Source: a virus (taxonomy: Duplodnaviria; Caudoviricetes). Taken from it: a stretch of 44,645 bases of DNA. Made by a program: the position numbers and the translations under genes. Shown here piece by piece: positions 35,943 through 44,088 of the stretch. The number at the start of each line of letters is the position of its first letter. The stretch's first letter is position 1. The stretch lies in IMG/VR virus record IMGVR_UViG_3300033067_000820, positions 1-44,645 of that record, one strand, 5' to 3'. The notes under the pieces are model-generated. The model saw nothing but the letters and a program-made list of their open reading frames with translations, was not told where the DNA came from and searched no databases.

Positions 35943-38675
35943 ATGACGGTTACAATCTCTTACGCACCGCTGACCTACACCTGCAACGGCTCCACCACGG
36001 CGTTCTCGGTGACGTGGCCGTTCTTTGAGAGCACGGATCTCATCGTCACGCGCAGGACCACATCGGGCGTTGAAACCGTTCTGACCAATCCCGCCGATTA
36101 CACAGTGACGGGTGGCCGTGCAACGGTGAGCGGAACCCCTGCGGTCGGTACGGTAACGACGACTTCGACCTATGCAGACGGCAATATCGTCATCACCCGC
36201 AACACGTCGCGGCGGCAGCAACTCGCGTTGACGACGGCGGGGGCCTTCCCAGCGAAATCGGTAGAGGCCGCGCTAGACCGCGCCTTGATGATTGCGGAAG
36301 AGGGCGTCTACGCCGGCACGGGTGATGATGTTGACGGCATTCCGCTCCGGTTGGAAACGTCGGGCGCAACGGACTATTGGGACGGTAAGGGATACGTCGC
36401 ACGCGGGTTTGCCGATGGCTCGGCGCTAGATGATCTTGCGACGGTTGGGCAGTTGGCGGCGGCGGTCTCGGGCGGTGAGTTCTTCACCTTGCAGACCTAC
36501 GGCGAGTCGTTCCCCGGAACGCTCATCAAAGGTACGCACCATCTCTTTCCCGATGGATCACTCTACTACATGGCGGGCGATGACGAGGGCAATGTCATCC
36601 CCGTCCAAATTCTCAACACGACCACGCAACGCATTACGATCTCCCCGGCCACCGCAACCTACAACGTCACGGTGGGGCAACCGGCATCTGGTACATTTAC
36701 GGCATCTGGTGGCTATGGCTCATATACCTACGCGGTAGCCAACTGGCCAACGGGTGTCACCGTGTCATCTGCTGGTGTGCAGAGCGGAGCATTCTACACG
36801 AGCGGTACTTATACCGGCACGATCACCGCGACGGACATAGCCTCGAGCCAAACGGGAACGCAGTCTTACATCTGGGTTGTCGCGCCTGCGCTGCAGATCT
36901 CGCCTGCAAGCGGCATCTATTCCGTCGCGTCGGGCACGGACATGACGGGGATTGCCTTCACCGGATCAGGCGGCAGGGCACCGCTGTATTTCTCGCAATC
37001 TGGGATGACGTCACTCGGCCTATCGCTGAGTTCAACCGGCGTCATGTCTGGCACCACCACGGGCGGCGGGACGTTTTCTGTCACCCTGACCGATAGCAAC
37101 GGCGCGACGACGACGAATACTTACATCTACGCCGCGACCGACGCGCTGACGCTGTCACCCACGACGAACACCTACAACGTGACGGTTGGTCAGACGGCGA
37201 GCGGAACCATTACGGCATCAGGTGGGTCCGGCACCTACACCTTTACCCAAACCGGCTACCCGACTGGGATTAGTCTCTCAAGCGGCGGCACGCAAAGCGG
37301 CACGTTCTCGACCGCGGGCACTTATACAGGCGTGGTTACCGCGACGGATAGCTCAACCGGCGCGTTGGGAACGCAGAACTATACGTGGACGGTTGCCCCT
37401 GCTGTGACTCTATCGCCAGCGGCCGGAACGTATCCGGTTGCCATCGGCACCAATATGACCGGCGTCCGGTTTACAGGCGGGGGTGGGCGGGCTCCCCTGG
37501 TGTTTACGGACTCAGGTCTTAGCGCGCTTGGCCTATCGATCAGCACGACGGGCGTGTTGTCCGGCACGACAACAGGCGTGGGCAGTTTCACGATTACGGT
37601 GACGGACGCCAACGGCAAAGCCGTCACGAATAGCTACACCTATACGGCAACGGGTGCTCTCACCGTCTCGCCGTCAAGCGCGAGCTACAACGTCACGGTT
37701 GGCCAGACTGCCAGCGGCACCTTCACCGCGTCTGGTGGAACGGGACCGTATGTGTTTGCTGTGACGGGCTGGCCGTCTGGTGTCACCGTGTCGAGTGGCG
37801 GCACACAAAGCGGCACGTTTACCACGCCTGGATCTTACACGGGCGTCATCACCGCATCCGATACGTCTACCAGCCAAACCGGCATTCAGACCTATACATG
37901 GACGGTGGCCCCGGCCGTGACGCTATCTCCGGCATCCGGCAGCTACCCGGTAGCGGTTGGCACCAATATGTCCGGTGTATCCTTCACGGGCGCAGGTGGC
38001 CGTTCGCCGCTCACGTTCACGAGTTCTGGCCTTGCGGCTATCGGGCTCACGATGAATACGAGCGGCGTGCTCTCGGGTACGACGACGGGTGTCGGGTCGT
38101 TCACGATCACAGTGACCGATACCAACGGACGAGCCGTTACGAACTCCTACACGTACACGTCAACGGGTGCGCTGACGGTTTCGCCCTCTGGCAATACCTA
38201 CAACGTGACGGTTGGTCAGGTCGCTGGTGGTACGTTTACGGCAACCGGCGGCTCCGGGGCATACACCTACAGCACGTCGGGGTGGCCCGCGGGTGTGAAT
38301 GTGTCGGCCGGCGGTGTGCAGAGTGGCGCATTCTCAAGTGCCGGTACTTACACCGGCACCATCACGGCAACGGATACCTCTACGGGCCAGACCGGAACGG
38401 CTGTCTATACGTGGATCGTGGCACCGGCTCTATCGCTCTCGCCTGGTAGCGGCACCTATACGGTTGCGATCGGCACGAACATGGCAGGCGTGAGCTTCAC
38501 CGGGTCGGGTGGCCGCGCGCCGCTCTACTTCTCACAGAGTGGCATGGGGGCGATTGGCCTTTCGCTCAACTCGAGCGGTGTGTTCTCAGGCACCACGACG
38601 GGCCACGGCACATTCAGCGTAACGCTCACAGACAGTAACGGCGCAACTGTCACGCAGACGTACACCTATAGCTGA
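35943..38675 (+). CDS. Tail fibre/adhesin: T7 gp17 N-terminal domain plus eight putative Ig (He_PIG-like) domains
   Basis: CNGSTTAFSVTWPFF...EAALDR; repeats of ASGG.G.Y.Y....P.G..SS.G..SG and F..T.TD.NG. Confidence 0.85.
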   Translation: MTVTISYAPLTYTCNGSTTAFSVTWPFFESTDLIVTRRTTSGVETVLTNPADYTVTGGRATVSGTPAVGTVTTTSTYADGNIVITRNTSRRQQLALTTAGAFPAKSVEAALDRALMIAEEGVYAGTGDDVDGIPLRLETSGATDYWDGKGYVARGFADGSALDDLATVGQLAAAVSGGEFFTLQTYGESFPGTLIKGTHHLFPDGSLYYMAGDDEGNVIPVQILNTTTQRITISPATATYNVTVGQPASGTFTASGGYGSYTYAVANWPTGVTVSSAGVQSGAFYTSGTYTGTITATDIASSQTGTQSYIWVVAPALQISPASGIYSVASGTDMTGIAFTGSGGRAPLYFSQSGMTSLGLSLSSTGVMSGTTTGGGTFSVTLTDSNGATTTNTYIYAATDALTLSPTTNTYNVTVGQTASGTITASGGSGTYTFTQTGYPTGISLSSGGTQSGTFSTAGTYTGVVTATDSSTGALGTQNYTWTVAPAVTLSPAAGTYPVAIGTNMTGVRFTGGGGRAPLVFTDSGLSALGLSISTTGVLSGTTTGVGSFTITVTDANGKAVTNSYTYTATGALTVSPSSASYNVTVGQTASGTFTASGGTGPYVFAVTGWPSGVTVSSGGTQSGTFTTPGSYTGVITASDTSTSQTGIQTYTWTVAPAVTLSPASGSYPVAVGTNMSGVSFTGAGGRSPLTFTSSGLAAIGLTMNTSGVLSGTTTGVGSFTITVTDTNGRAVTNSYTYTSTGALTVSPSGNTYNVTVGQVAGGTFTATGGSGAYTYSTSGWPAGVNVSAGGVQSGAFSSAGTYTGTITATDTSTGQTGTAVYTWIVAPALSLSPGSGTYTVAIGTNMAGVSFTGSGGRAPLYFSQSGMGAIGLSLNSSGVFSGTTTGHGTFSVTLTDSNGATVTQTYTYS
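36630..38672 (+). repeat. Four tandem 513-bp (171-aa) two-domain repeats
   Basis: CTACAACGT(C/G)ACGGT at 36659, 37172, 37685 and 38198, an exact 513-bp period. Confidence 0.9.
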
Positions 38676-38686
38676 CGAGGGTTGTT

Positions 38687-39502
38687 ATGACGTGGTTTGA
38701 TGCCTCGGAAGGCGACCTTATCGCAATTGATGGGGTCGTTCGAAAATACACAAGCGGCAGTTGGACAATCCCCGCGTCCGTCACGACGGCGGAGCGTGAT
38801 GCCATCGCTGGCGCGACGGTTGGCACGCGCGTTTTTAACAGCACGACAAACCGCTACGAGGAACTAACGGAGACGGGTTGGCAGGCGTCTGGCTCAAGCG
38901 GGTCGCAACTATCGGACCACATAGCCGATACCGAAAACCCGCATGCCGTGACGAAGGCGCAGGTTGGTCTTGGTGACGCTGACAACACGCCAGACGCGAT
39001 AAAGCCGATATCGATCCCCGTTCAAGCTGCGCTTAACGCCAAGGCCGATCTTGTTGAAGGGGTGGTGCCTGAAGAGCAATTGCCACCTAAAGCCGATCTC
39101 GTTGCGGGCAAGGTGCCATCAAGCCAGTTGCCGTCTTACGTTGACGATGTGATCGAGGCTGCGAACGTCGCCGCTATTCAGGCGCTCACGCTTGAAAGCG
39201 GCAAGATCTACGTCGCTCTTGATAGCAACAAAGCCTATCGCTGGGCGGGTAGTGGAACCAACCTCGTTGAAGTGTCGGCGGGTGTGCAACGCTACATGTC
39301 GAACTTCGGGGACGGGTCTACCACCACCTTCACCTTCACGCACAATTTCGGCACGCGAGACTTTATCGCGACGATCTATCGCAACTCAGCCGACTACGAC
39401 GAGCCGCTTGCTGAAATACGGCACGCAACGACCAACACAGTTGTGGTGGTTTGCAACTCCGCTCCTAGTTCCGATCAATATAGAATCGTGGTGATCGCAT
39501 GA
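38687..39502 (+). CDS. Tail-fibre-associated protein
   Basis: NPHAVTKAQVGLGDADNT, duplicated KADLV.G.VP..QLP, PSYVDDV, THNFGTRD motifs common in fibre proteins. Confidence 0.7.
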   Translation: MTWFDASEGDLIAIDGVVRKYTSGSWTIPASVTTAERDAIAGATVGTRVFNSTTNRYEELTETGWQASGSSGSQLSDHIADTENPHAVTKAQVGLGDADNTPDAIKPISIPVQAALNAKADLVEGVVPEEQLPPKADLVAGKVPSSQLPSYVDDVIEAANVAAIQALTLESGKIYVALDSNKAYRWAGSGTNLVEVSAGVQRYMSNFGDGSTTTFTFTHNFGTRDFIATIYRNSADYDEPLAEIRHATTNTVVVVCNSAPSSDQYRIVVIA

Positions 39503-40068
39503 CCATTGCAGCGATATCGGATGGACCGTGGACGGGCGGCGGCGGCGGCGGCGCTCCGAAAGACGTTCAATCTTTTGCATCGTCCGGCACGTGGACAAAG
39601 CCTGGCACTGGAACGATGGCATTCGCGCAGGTGTGGGGGGCTGGCGGCGGTGCCTCTAATTCAACAGGGCATGGCGGCGGCGGCGGCGGATACACGGAAA
39701 AGTGGATCGCACTAACGTCGCTCGGGTCCACGGAAAGCGTAGCCGTTGGAAGCGGCGGGGCTGGCGGAACTCCTGGCGCAGATGGTGGAAATTCGACGTT
39801 CTCGACGCTCACAGGCAACGGCGGTTCTGGATCAACTGGTGGTGTCGCTGGCGCAGGGGGGACGGCCACAGGCGGCTCTTATGTTGCGCAGGGGCAGGGC
39901 GGTACTCACCCTGTTTCATCGGTATCAAGCGGCGGGCGCGCTGGTGGTCCTGGCGGCGGCTACGGTGGTTATACTGTTGCAAATGGGTGTGTTCCCGGTG
40001 GCGGTGGTGGCTACAGCTCAGGCGCAGGCAACGGCGCTGGTGGTCGTGTCATTGTCACCGTCTACTAA
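39499..40068 (+). CDS. Glycine-rich tail-tip protein
   Basis: FASSGTWTKP...VWGAGGG...GGGGGGY...GAGGRVIVTVY glycine-rich domain. Confidence 0.75.
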   Translation: MTIAAISDGPWTGGGGGGAPKDVQSFASSGTWTKPGTGTMAFAQVWGAGGGASNSTGHGGGGGGYTEKWIALTSLGSTESVAVGSGGAGGTPGADGGNSTFSTLTGNGGSGSTGGVAGAGGTATGGSYVAQGQGGTHPVSSVSSGGRAGGPGGGYGGYTVANGCVPGGGGGYSSGAGNGAGGRVIVTVY

Positions 40069-40080
40069 GCGGGGGATGCC

Positions 40081-41109
40081 ATGATTGCGATAACGCGAGA
40101 ACAATTGAAGCGCTTCGCCCCAAAGGCGAAGCCTCAGTACGTCGATGCGTTATTCGCAAACATCTCCTACCTCGAGGAAGCTGGCATCCTCGAAAGCGAA
40201 TACCGCGTCTGCCATTTTTTCGGACAGGTCGGGGCAGAGACGGACTACCTGACGATCTTCCGCGAGAGCATGTACTACAAGACGCCCAAGGCACTGCGGA
40301 ATGCGTGGCCGTCGCGGTTCGGACCAAAGACCGATGCGGATCTAAAGCATCTGCTGAAGAACGAAGTCGGACTTGCTGAAGTCGTCTACGGTTTGCAGTC
40401 CGGGCGGAAGCCGGAAGACCTCGGCAATACAATGCCGGGGGATGGCTTTGCCTTTCGCGGTGGCGGTTGGTTCCAAACGACGGGACGCGGCAACGTTGCG
40501 CGCTATGCCTCGGCATGCGGTGTCGAATGCACGCAAGACCTGCTTGATGATCCAGCCCTTACCCTGCGCTTTGCATGCCTGGAATGGAAAGAAAGTGGGT
40601 GCAATAAGTGGGCCGATGAAAACGACCTGACAAAGGTTTCTAAGGCGATCAACACCGGCTCTGCTACGAGCAAGGTGAAGCCGGTTGGCATGGAGAAACG
40701 GCAGAAGGCGTTTGCCAAGGCCTGGGAGACGTGGGGCGAAAGCGGCAAGGCTGACAAGCCGGTCATCCCTGACGACGTCAAGGCCGCGGCACGTGATGTT
40801 CTGGTGAAGGCCGGCGGCGTTGTGACGGTCGGTGGTGGTGGCGCTGTGGCTGTTACGAAGTCAAGCGAAACGCCGAAGCCAGCAGAGCCCGCAAAACCCA
40901 TAGTTGCCCCCAAGGAAACCGTCAGCAAGGCGAAGGAAACCGCGAAGGAAATCCGCGAGAACGTAGAGGTCGCCAAAGACTATTGGACGTGGGCCAAGCC
41001 GACGGCTGTGGCGGCCTACGAGAACGCCCATATCGTCGGGCCTCTCATCATTGTCGCTGGCCTTGCGATCTTCTGGCCGCGGGTGAAGGAGCGCTTGCCG
41101 TGGGGATAA
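40081..41109 (+). CDS. Endolysin, glycoside hydrolase family 19, with C-terminal TM segment
   Basis: HFFGQVGAET, LGNTMPGDGFAFRGGGWFQTTGRGN, SKAIN; hydrophobic IVGPLIIVAGLAIFW near the end. Confidence 0.88.
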   Translation: MIAITREQLKRFAPKAKPQYVDALFANISYLEEAGILESEYRVCHFFGQVGAETDYLTIFRESMYYKTPKALRNAWPSRFGPKTDADLKHLLKNEVGLAEVVYGLQSGRKPEDLGNTMPGDGFAFRGGGWFQTTGRGNVARYASACGVECTQDLLDDPALTLRFACLEWKESGCNKWADENDLTKVSKAINTGSATSKVKPVGMEKRQKAFAKAWETWGESGKADKPVIPDDVKAAARDVLVKAGGVVTVGGGGAVAVTKSSETPKPAEPAKPIVAPKETVSKAKETAKEIRENVEVAKDYWTWAKPTAVAAYENAHIVGPLIIVAGLAIFWPRVKERLPWG

Positions 41110-41321
41110 GGCTCGCCATAGCCGCCGCCGCGATTTTCGCGCTGGTGGGGATATTCACGGCCCACAATGCCAATGTCAGGCGAGAGGCAGTCCAGACTGA
41201 GCGTGCGCGCGTATCCGTCGAAGCGGAGAAAAAAAATGACAAGGCTCAAGCCGCTCGCAAGCGCGTTACTGCCGACAATGCTGACGATGTGCTCGCCAAA
41301 TATTACAGAGACAAGCCTTGA
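41100..41321 (+). CDS. i-spanin (Rz-like)
   Basis: AAGGAG RBS, GTG start, N-terminal TM followed by a helical periplasmic region. Confidence 0.65.
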   Translation: MGIRLAIAAAAIFALVGIFTAHNANVRREAVQTERARVSVEAEKKNDKAQAARKRVTADNADDVLAKYYRDKP

Positions 41322-41478
41322 CCCGCGCGTTTGCCAATCGTGGGAGACGATCAGGCCAAGCCGTAAGGAAGACAAGCTATCCAAGGAAACCGCCCGGCAG
41401 ATAGCAGGCAACAACGTCGCCCGAGAGGCGTGGTGTCCTGACCCACCAAGATTCGGGTCATCTCAAGTGCGTGCGTAG
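41236..41478 (+). CDS. o-spanin (Rz1-like lipoprotein)
   Basis: Overlaps the i-spanin in another frame; signal ending MLTM-C (non-canonical lipobox); C..W..I..S..D....T..QI..NN......C pattern. Confidence 0.65.
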   Translation: MTRLKPLASALLPTMLTMCSPNITETSLDPRVCQSWETIRPSRKEDKLSKETARQIAGNNVAREAWCPDPPRFGSSQVRA

Positions 41479-41510
41479 ATCACTGCAACAAGAGCACGTC
41501 ATGAGAACCG

Positions 41511-41765
41511 ATGCCATTCCGCAAGCTTCCCCCTACGATCCGGCAATCGCCAGAGGTGTCGGACGCGTGGCACCAAACCCACGCGGAGAGTATCGAGGAC
41601 CACGAGAACCGACTCCTGCATTTAGAGCGTGGGTTTCATCTCTCGACGCTGCTCAACAAACAGGTCAAGACCCCATTAGGCGACCTGCCCCTCCCGCTCG
41701 CGATAGCTGGCGGGGCCACGCTCATATGGTGGAAGCCAGACCTCGTTTTAAAGCTGTTCGGGTAG
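41511..41765 (+). CDS. Small protein with C-terminal TM (possible holin/antiholin)
   Basis: DHENRLLHLE coil followed by a hydrophobic segment; at the end of the lysis module. Confidence 0.5.
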   Translation: MPFRKLPPTIRQSPEVSDAWHQTHAESIEDHENRLLHLERGFHLSTLLNKQVKTPLGDLPLPLAIAGGATLIWWKPDLVLKLFG

Positions 41766-41885
41766 TTCTATGGGGCTTCGCGTCAATCATGGTGGGTGCT
41801 GCGCTCTTTGCTGTGATTGACGCGAAGAGAGAGCAGGCGCAGTACACAAGGCTTGATCTGCGCGGGAGTTGAGCGGCCTTTCTTG

Positions 41886-42095
41886 TCAGTCAGCGATCGG
41901 GGATAGGTATTCAGTCGGCGGGTCACCGTACACATTTTCCCAGCCGTGCTCGTTGGCGACCTGCCAACGTCCCTTGACGCCTTTGCGGTACTGCTCGCTT
42001 GATGGCTTGTAGGGGAGCCAACGCAACGACGTTGCGATGATGATCGGGCGGCCGTGCTTAACGCTGTCGTCTATCGGCTTTGTCTCGTATCGCAT
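41886..42095 (-). CDS. Cassette gene 7, hypothetical (MRYETKPID...)
   Basis: ATG directly follows a junction motif; stop abuts the next motif. Confidence 0.7.
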   Translation of the reverse strand: MRYETKPIDDSVKHGRPIIIATSLRWLPYKPSSEQYRKGVKGRWQVANEHGWENVYGDPPTEYLSPIAD

Positions 42096-42105
42096 CGGTC
42101 GGGCC

Positions 42106-42285
42106 TCACTTGTTCAAGCTGTCGGAAGGTCTCGCCGCCGCATCAAACGCGACGCCAAGGTGGTCGCGCATGACCTCTGCCAGCACTAGCAAAACCTGCG
42201 TATCAGACAACGCACCGCGCTCGCTATTCACCGTGATCCGTAACGACTCTAGCAGGTCAAGCATTGCCGTGCGTGGGTGTGTCAT
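42106..42285 (-). CDS. Cassette gene 6, hypothetical (MTHPRTAMLDLLESLR...SLNK, 59 aa; not in ORF track)
   Basis: Open frame running exactly from one junction to the next. Confidence 0.7.
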   Translation of the reverse strand: MTHPRTAMLDLLESLRITVNSERGALSDTQVLLVLAEVMRDHLGVAFDAAARPSDSLNK

Positions 42286-42295
42286 GCTGCGGGCC

Positions 42296-42544
42296 CTACT
42301 TGTTCGCTGCTAAGAACTCGGCGCGCGTCATCGTTTCGACGCCCGCCCGGTAGTCGTTCCAATAGCGGTCGTTGAGACCAGCGGCACGACCGGATGAATA
42401 GTCGCTGTCCGAAAACGGCTTCATGGGGATGCCGTTGTCAGTCGTAGGCACCGGCAGATTGTTGGCCGGTCGCTTCGCGTATCCGTCATAGTATCCGCGA
42501 CGGTATGACGACGAAACGCGGTTGAGTGTGGCGGGGCTAAGCAT
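42296..42544 (-). CDS. Cassette gene 5, hypothetical with YRRGYYDGY / YSSGRAAG motifs
   Basis: Start re-assigned to the ATG at 42544 after the junction; ends AANK-stop inside the next junction. Confidence 0.7.
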   Translation of the reverse strand: MLSPATLNRVSSSYRRGYYDGYAKRPANNLPVPTTDNGIPMKPFSDSDYSSGRAAGLNDRYWNDYRAGVETMTRAEFLAANK

Positions 42545-42554
42545 CGTTCGGGCC

Positions 42555-42764
42555 CTACTTGCTGGTGTTGCAGTTCGGGCATGGATGCCCACGCTTAGCG
42601 TCAGAAACGCTCTTGACCGCTAGCCATTGCACCCAACCACAGCGACGGCATGCGAAGTGCGCGGCCGGCCGCCCATCGGGAAAATTCCCGGCGTCGATCA
42701 CGCGACACAGCACCCGACGCGGTTTCGTTGCTGGTTTTTCCAGTAGTTCGCCTTGGCGTGGCAT
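42555..42764 (-). CDS. Cassette gene 4, Zn-ribbon protein
   Basis: CRRCG...CPNCN; bounded by junctions. Confidence 0.7.
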   Translation of the reverse strand: MPRQGELLEKPATKPRRVLCRVIDAGNFPDGRPAAHFACRRCGWVQWLAVKSVSDAKRGHPCPNCNTSK

Positions 42765-42773
42765 CGTCGGGCC

Positions 42774-43379
42774 TTACTTGCTGGTGCTGACGAGGGACGC
42801 GCGAAGTGCCTTGACCCACGTTGTCCGCGACTTCGCACGCTCTACTTCTTTTGCGTGTTCCGTCTCGTGGTATTCAATGTCGCGACGCGCTTTAGACATG
42901 GCGTCGTCGTACCATTTTGAGCGCGTCTGAGGAACTGGCCGCGCCCCGTAGCTAGGGCCGCAATCGAACCGAATACTTTCGGTCAGTTGGTCGCGCATGA
43001 ACTTTTTCATTTCGGCGTGATCGGCGGTCGGCGGTTCCCAAGCCTTAACATAGGCAAGCATCGCCTCGTATCGCGCGCGCTTCGCGACTTTATCGTCCTC
43101 ATATCTATCCCATGATGCGACGGCGGATTGGTGCGCGGCATCGGCTTCCGCTGTTTGCTGGTCCACGGTGAGAGCTTGCAGCCGGGCCAATTCCGCCTTC
43201 GCTTCTGCGAGGCGCTTGGCGTTATAGCCAGACGGCACAAACTCATCGGGAATTTGAGCACTACTAGACTCATCTCTCATAGTGATAAGAGCGCCAAACG
43301 CGCGAGCGCACTGCATGGCGAACGTCGCAAAGTCAGTAACTTTGCCGTCGCCTACGTCTGCTGTGTATCCAGTCGGCAT
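42774..43379 (-). CDS. Cassette gene 3, conserved phage hypothetical (MPTGYT...FAMQCARAFGA)
   Basis: Recognisable phage protein N-terminus and WEPPTADH motif; start re-assigned to ATG 43379. Confidence 0.8.
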   Translation of the reverse strand: MPTGYTADVGDGKVTDFATFAMQCARAFGALITMRDESSSAQIPDEFVPSGYNAKRLAEAKAELARLQALTVDQQTAEADAAHQSAVASWDRYEDDKVAKRARYEAMLAYVKAWEPPTADHAEMKKFMRDQLTESIRFDCGPSYGARPVPQTRSKWYDDAMSKARRDIEYHETEHAKEVERAKSRTTWVKALRASLVSTSK

Positions 43380-43396
43380 GTCCGGGCCTTTCTTGC

Positions 43397-43570
43397 TCAC
43401 CGCATCGCGGCTTTAATTCTGGCGTCTCTCTGCTCTGGCGTCAGGCGTTGCCAGTCATCGAACGCGGCGTTGTGTTGGTCTAGCGCCGCCTGATTTTCCC
43501 GGCAGCAATCCTCACAATAACCTTCATGCAGTTCTGGCGTATCGCAGCCGCATTGCGGGCAATGTTTCAT
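43397..43570 (-). CDS. Cassette gene 2, small Zn-finger protein
   Basis: MKHCPQCG...YCEDC; start re-assigned to ATG 43570 after the junction. Confidence 0.7.
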   Translation of the reverse strand: MKHCPQCGCDTPELHEGYCEDCCRENQAALDQHNAAFDDWQRLTPEQRDARIKAAMR

Positions 43571-43583
43571 CGCGTGGCCTTTC

Positions 43584-43892
43584 TTAGTCGCTGTTTGGCA
43601 CGTAGCGAACGGCAATAAATTTGCCGTCCAGATAAAGTGCCGTGAACTCTAGCCATTCGGATGCCGGGTCTGCGTGATGCCCGCTGTTCTGGTAGAACGT
43701 GATAGCACCCGTGAAGCGCGCGGCCTTGCGGCCATCAACTGTCAGATCATCCCCAAGCAGAACCTTGGCCAGCGAGCACTCCATTGACTTCGATTGCCAG
43801 CCGTCGAAACGGATCTCCTTGACGCCAGGATAGCACCGCTCGACCTCGGTTCGCACGCGCGGCGACAGCGACACATCGTCAAACATTCCCAT
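43584..43892 (-). CDS. Cassette gene 1, conserved phage hypothetical (MGMFDD...WQSKSMECSL...FTGAITFY)
   Basis: CAGGAG RBS before ATG 43892; recognisable MGMFD-type N-terminus. Confidence 0.75.
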   Translation of the reverse strand: MGMFDDVSLSPRVRTEVERCYPGVKEIRFDGWQSKSMECSLAKVLLGDDLTVDGRKAARFTGAITFYQNSGHHADPASEWLEFTALYLDGKFIAVRYVPNSD

Positions 43893-43903
43893 CGCCGCGT
43901 CTC

Positions 43904-43999
43904 CTGTTGATCTTGTCAGCAGTCGTATCATGGGTGCTTGCGTTTGTCTACCGGTGGTGTATAAGTATTCCACGACAACAGCAGTCCGAAATGTCGTGG
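43904..43999. promoter_or_regulatory. Divergent promoter region with candidate recombinase binding sites
   Basis: - strand TAGACA-N17-TACGAC (43950 to 43922); + strand TTGCGT-N16-TATAAG (43938-43965); dyads CTGTTGA-N5-TCAGCAG (43904-43922) and CCACGACA-N14-TGTCGTGG (43970-43999). Confidence 0.5.
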
Positions 44000-44088
44000 G
44001 GTCGGTTTTGGCAAAGCGGAAAAGACGAGTGAAGGCGGTAGGGCCGCCGCCAGAGTTTGATGTAGTGCCGAACCCGAACGCGCCCAAG

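Larger units (their letters stand above)
41873..43590 (-). repeat. Seven dispersed junction repeats, consensus (C/T)AAG-W-R-R-GGCC(CG)-N-ATG on the - strand
   Basis: Copies at about 41873-41889, 42096-42115, 42286-42305, 42545-42567, 42765-42786, 43380-43399 and 43571-43589. Confidence 0.8.

Noticed and set aside
34859-40068. Diversity-generating retroelement (BPP-1-like virion genes)
   Set aside because: No reverse transcriptase and no TR/VR pair differing only at adenines; the fibre repeats differ at all base types.
41471-41872. 133-aa + strand ORF
   Set aside because: It overlaps the more protein-like 41511-41765 ORF and has low-complexity Arg/Pro composition.
41873-43920. CRISPR array or classical integron as the explanation of the junction repeats
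   Set aside because: The units between repeats are whole ORFs of 174-606 bp, the repeats are short and degenerate, there are no attC-type long hairpins with RYYYAAC/GTTRRRY ends, and no cas or tyrosine integrase gene is in the window.
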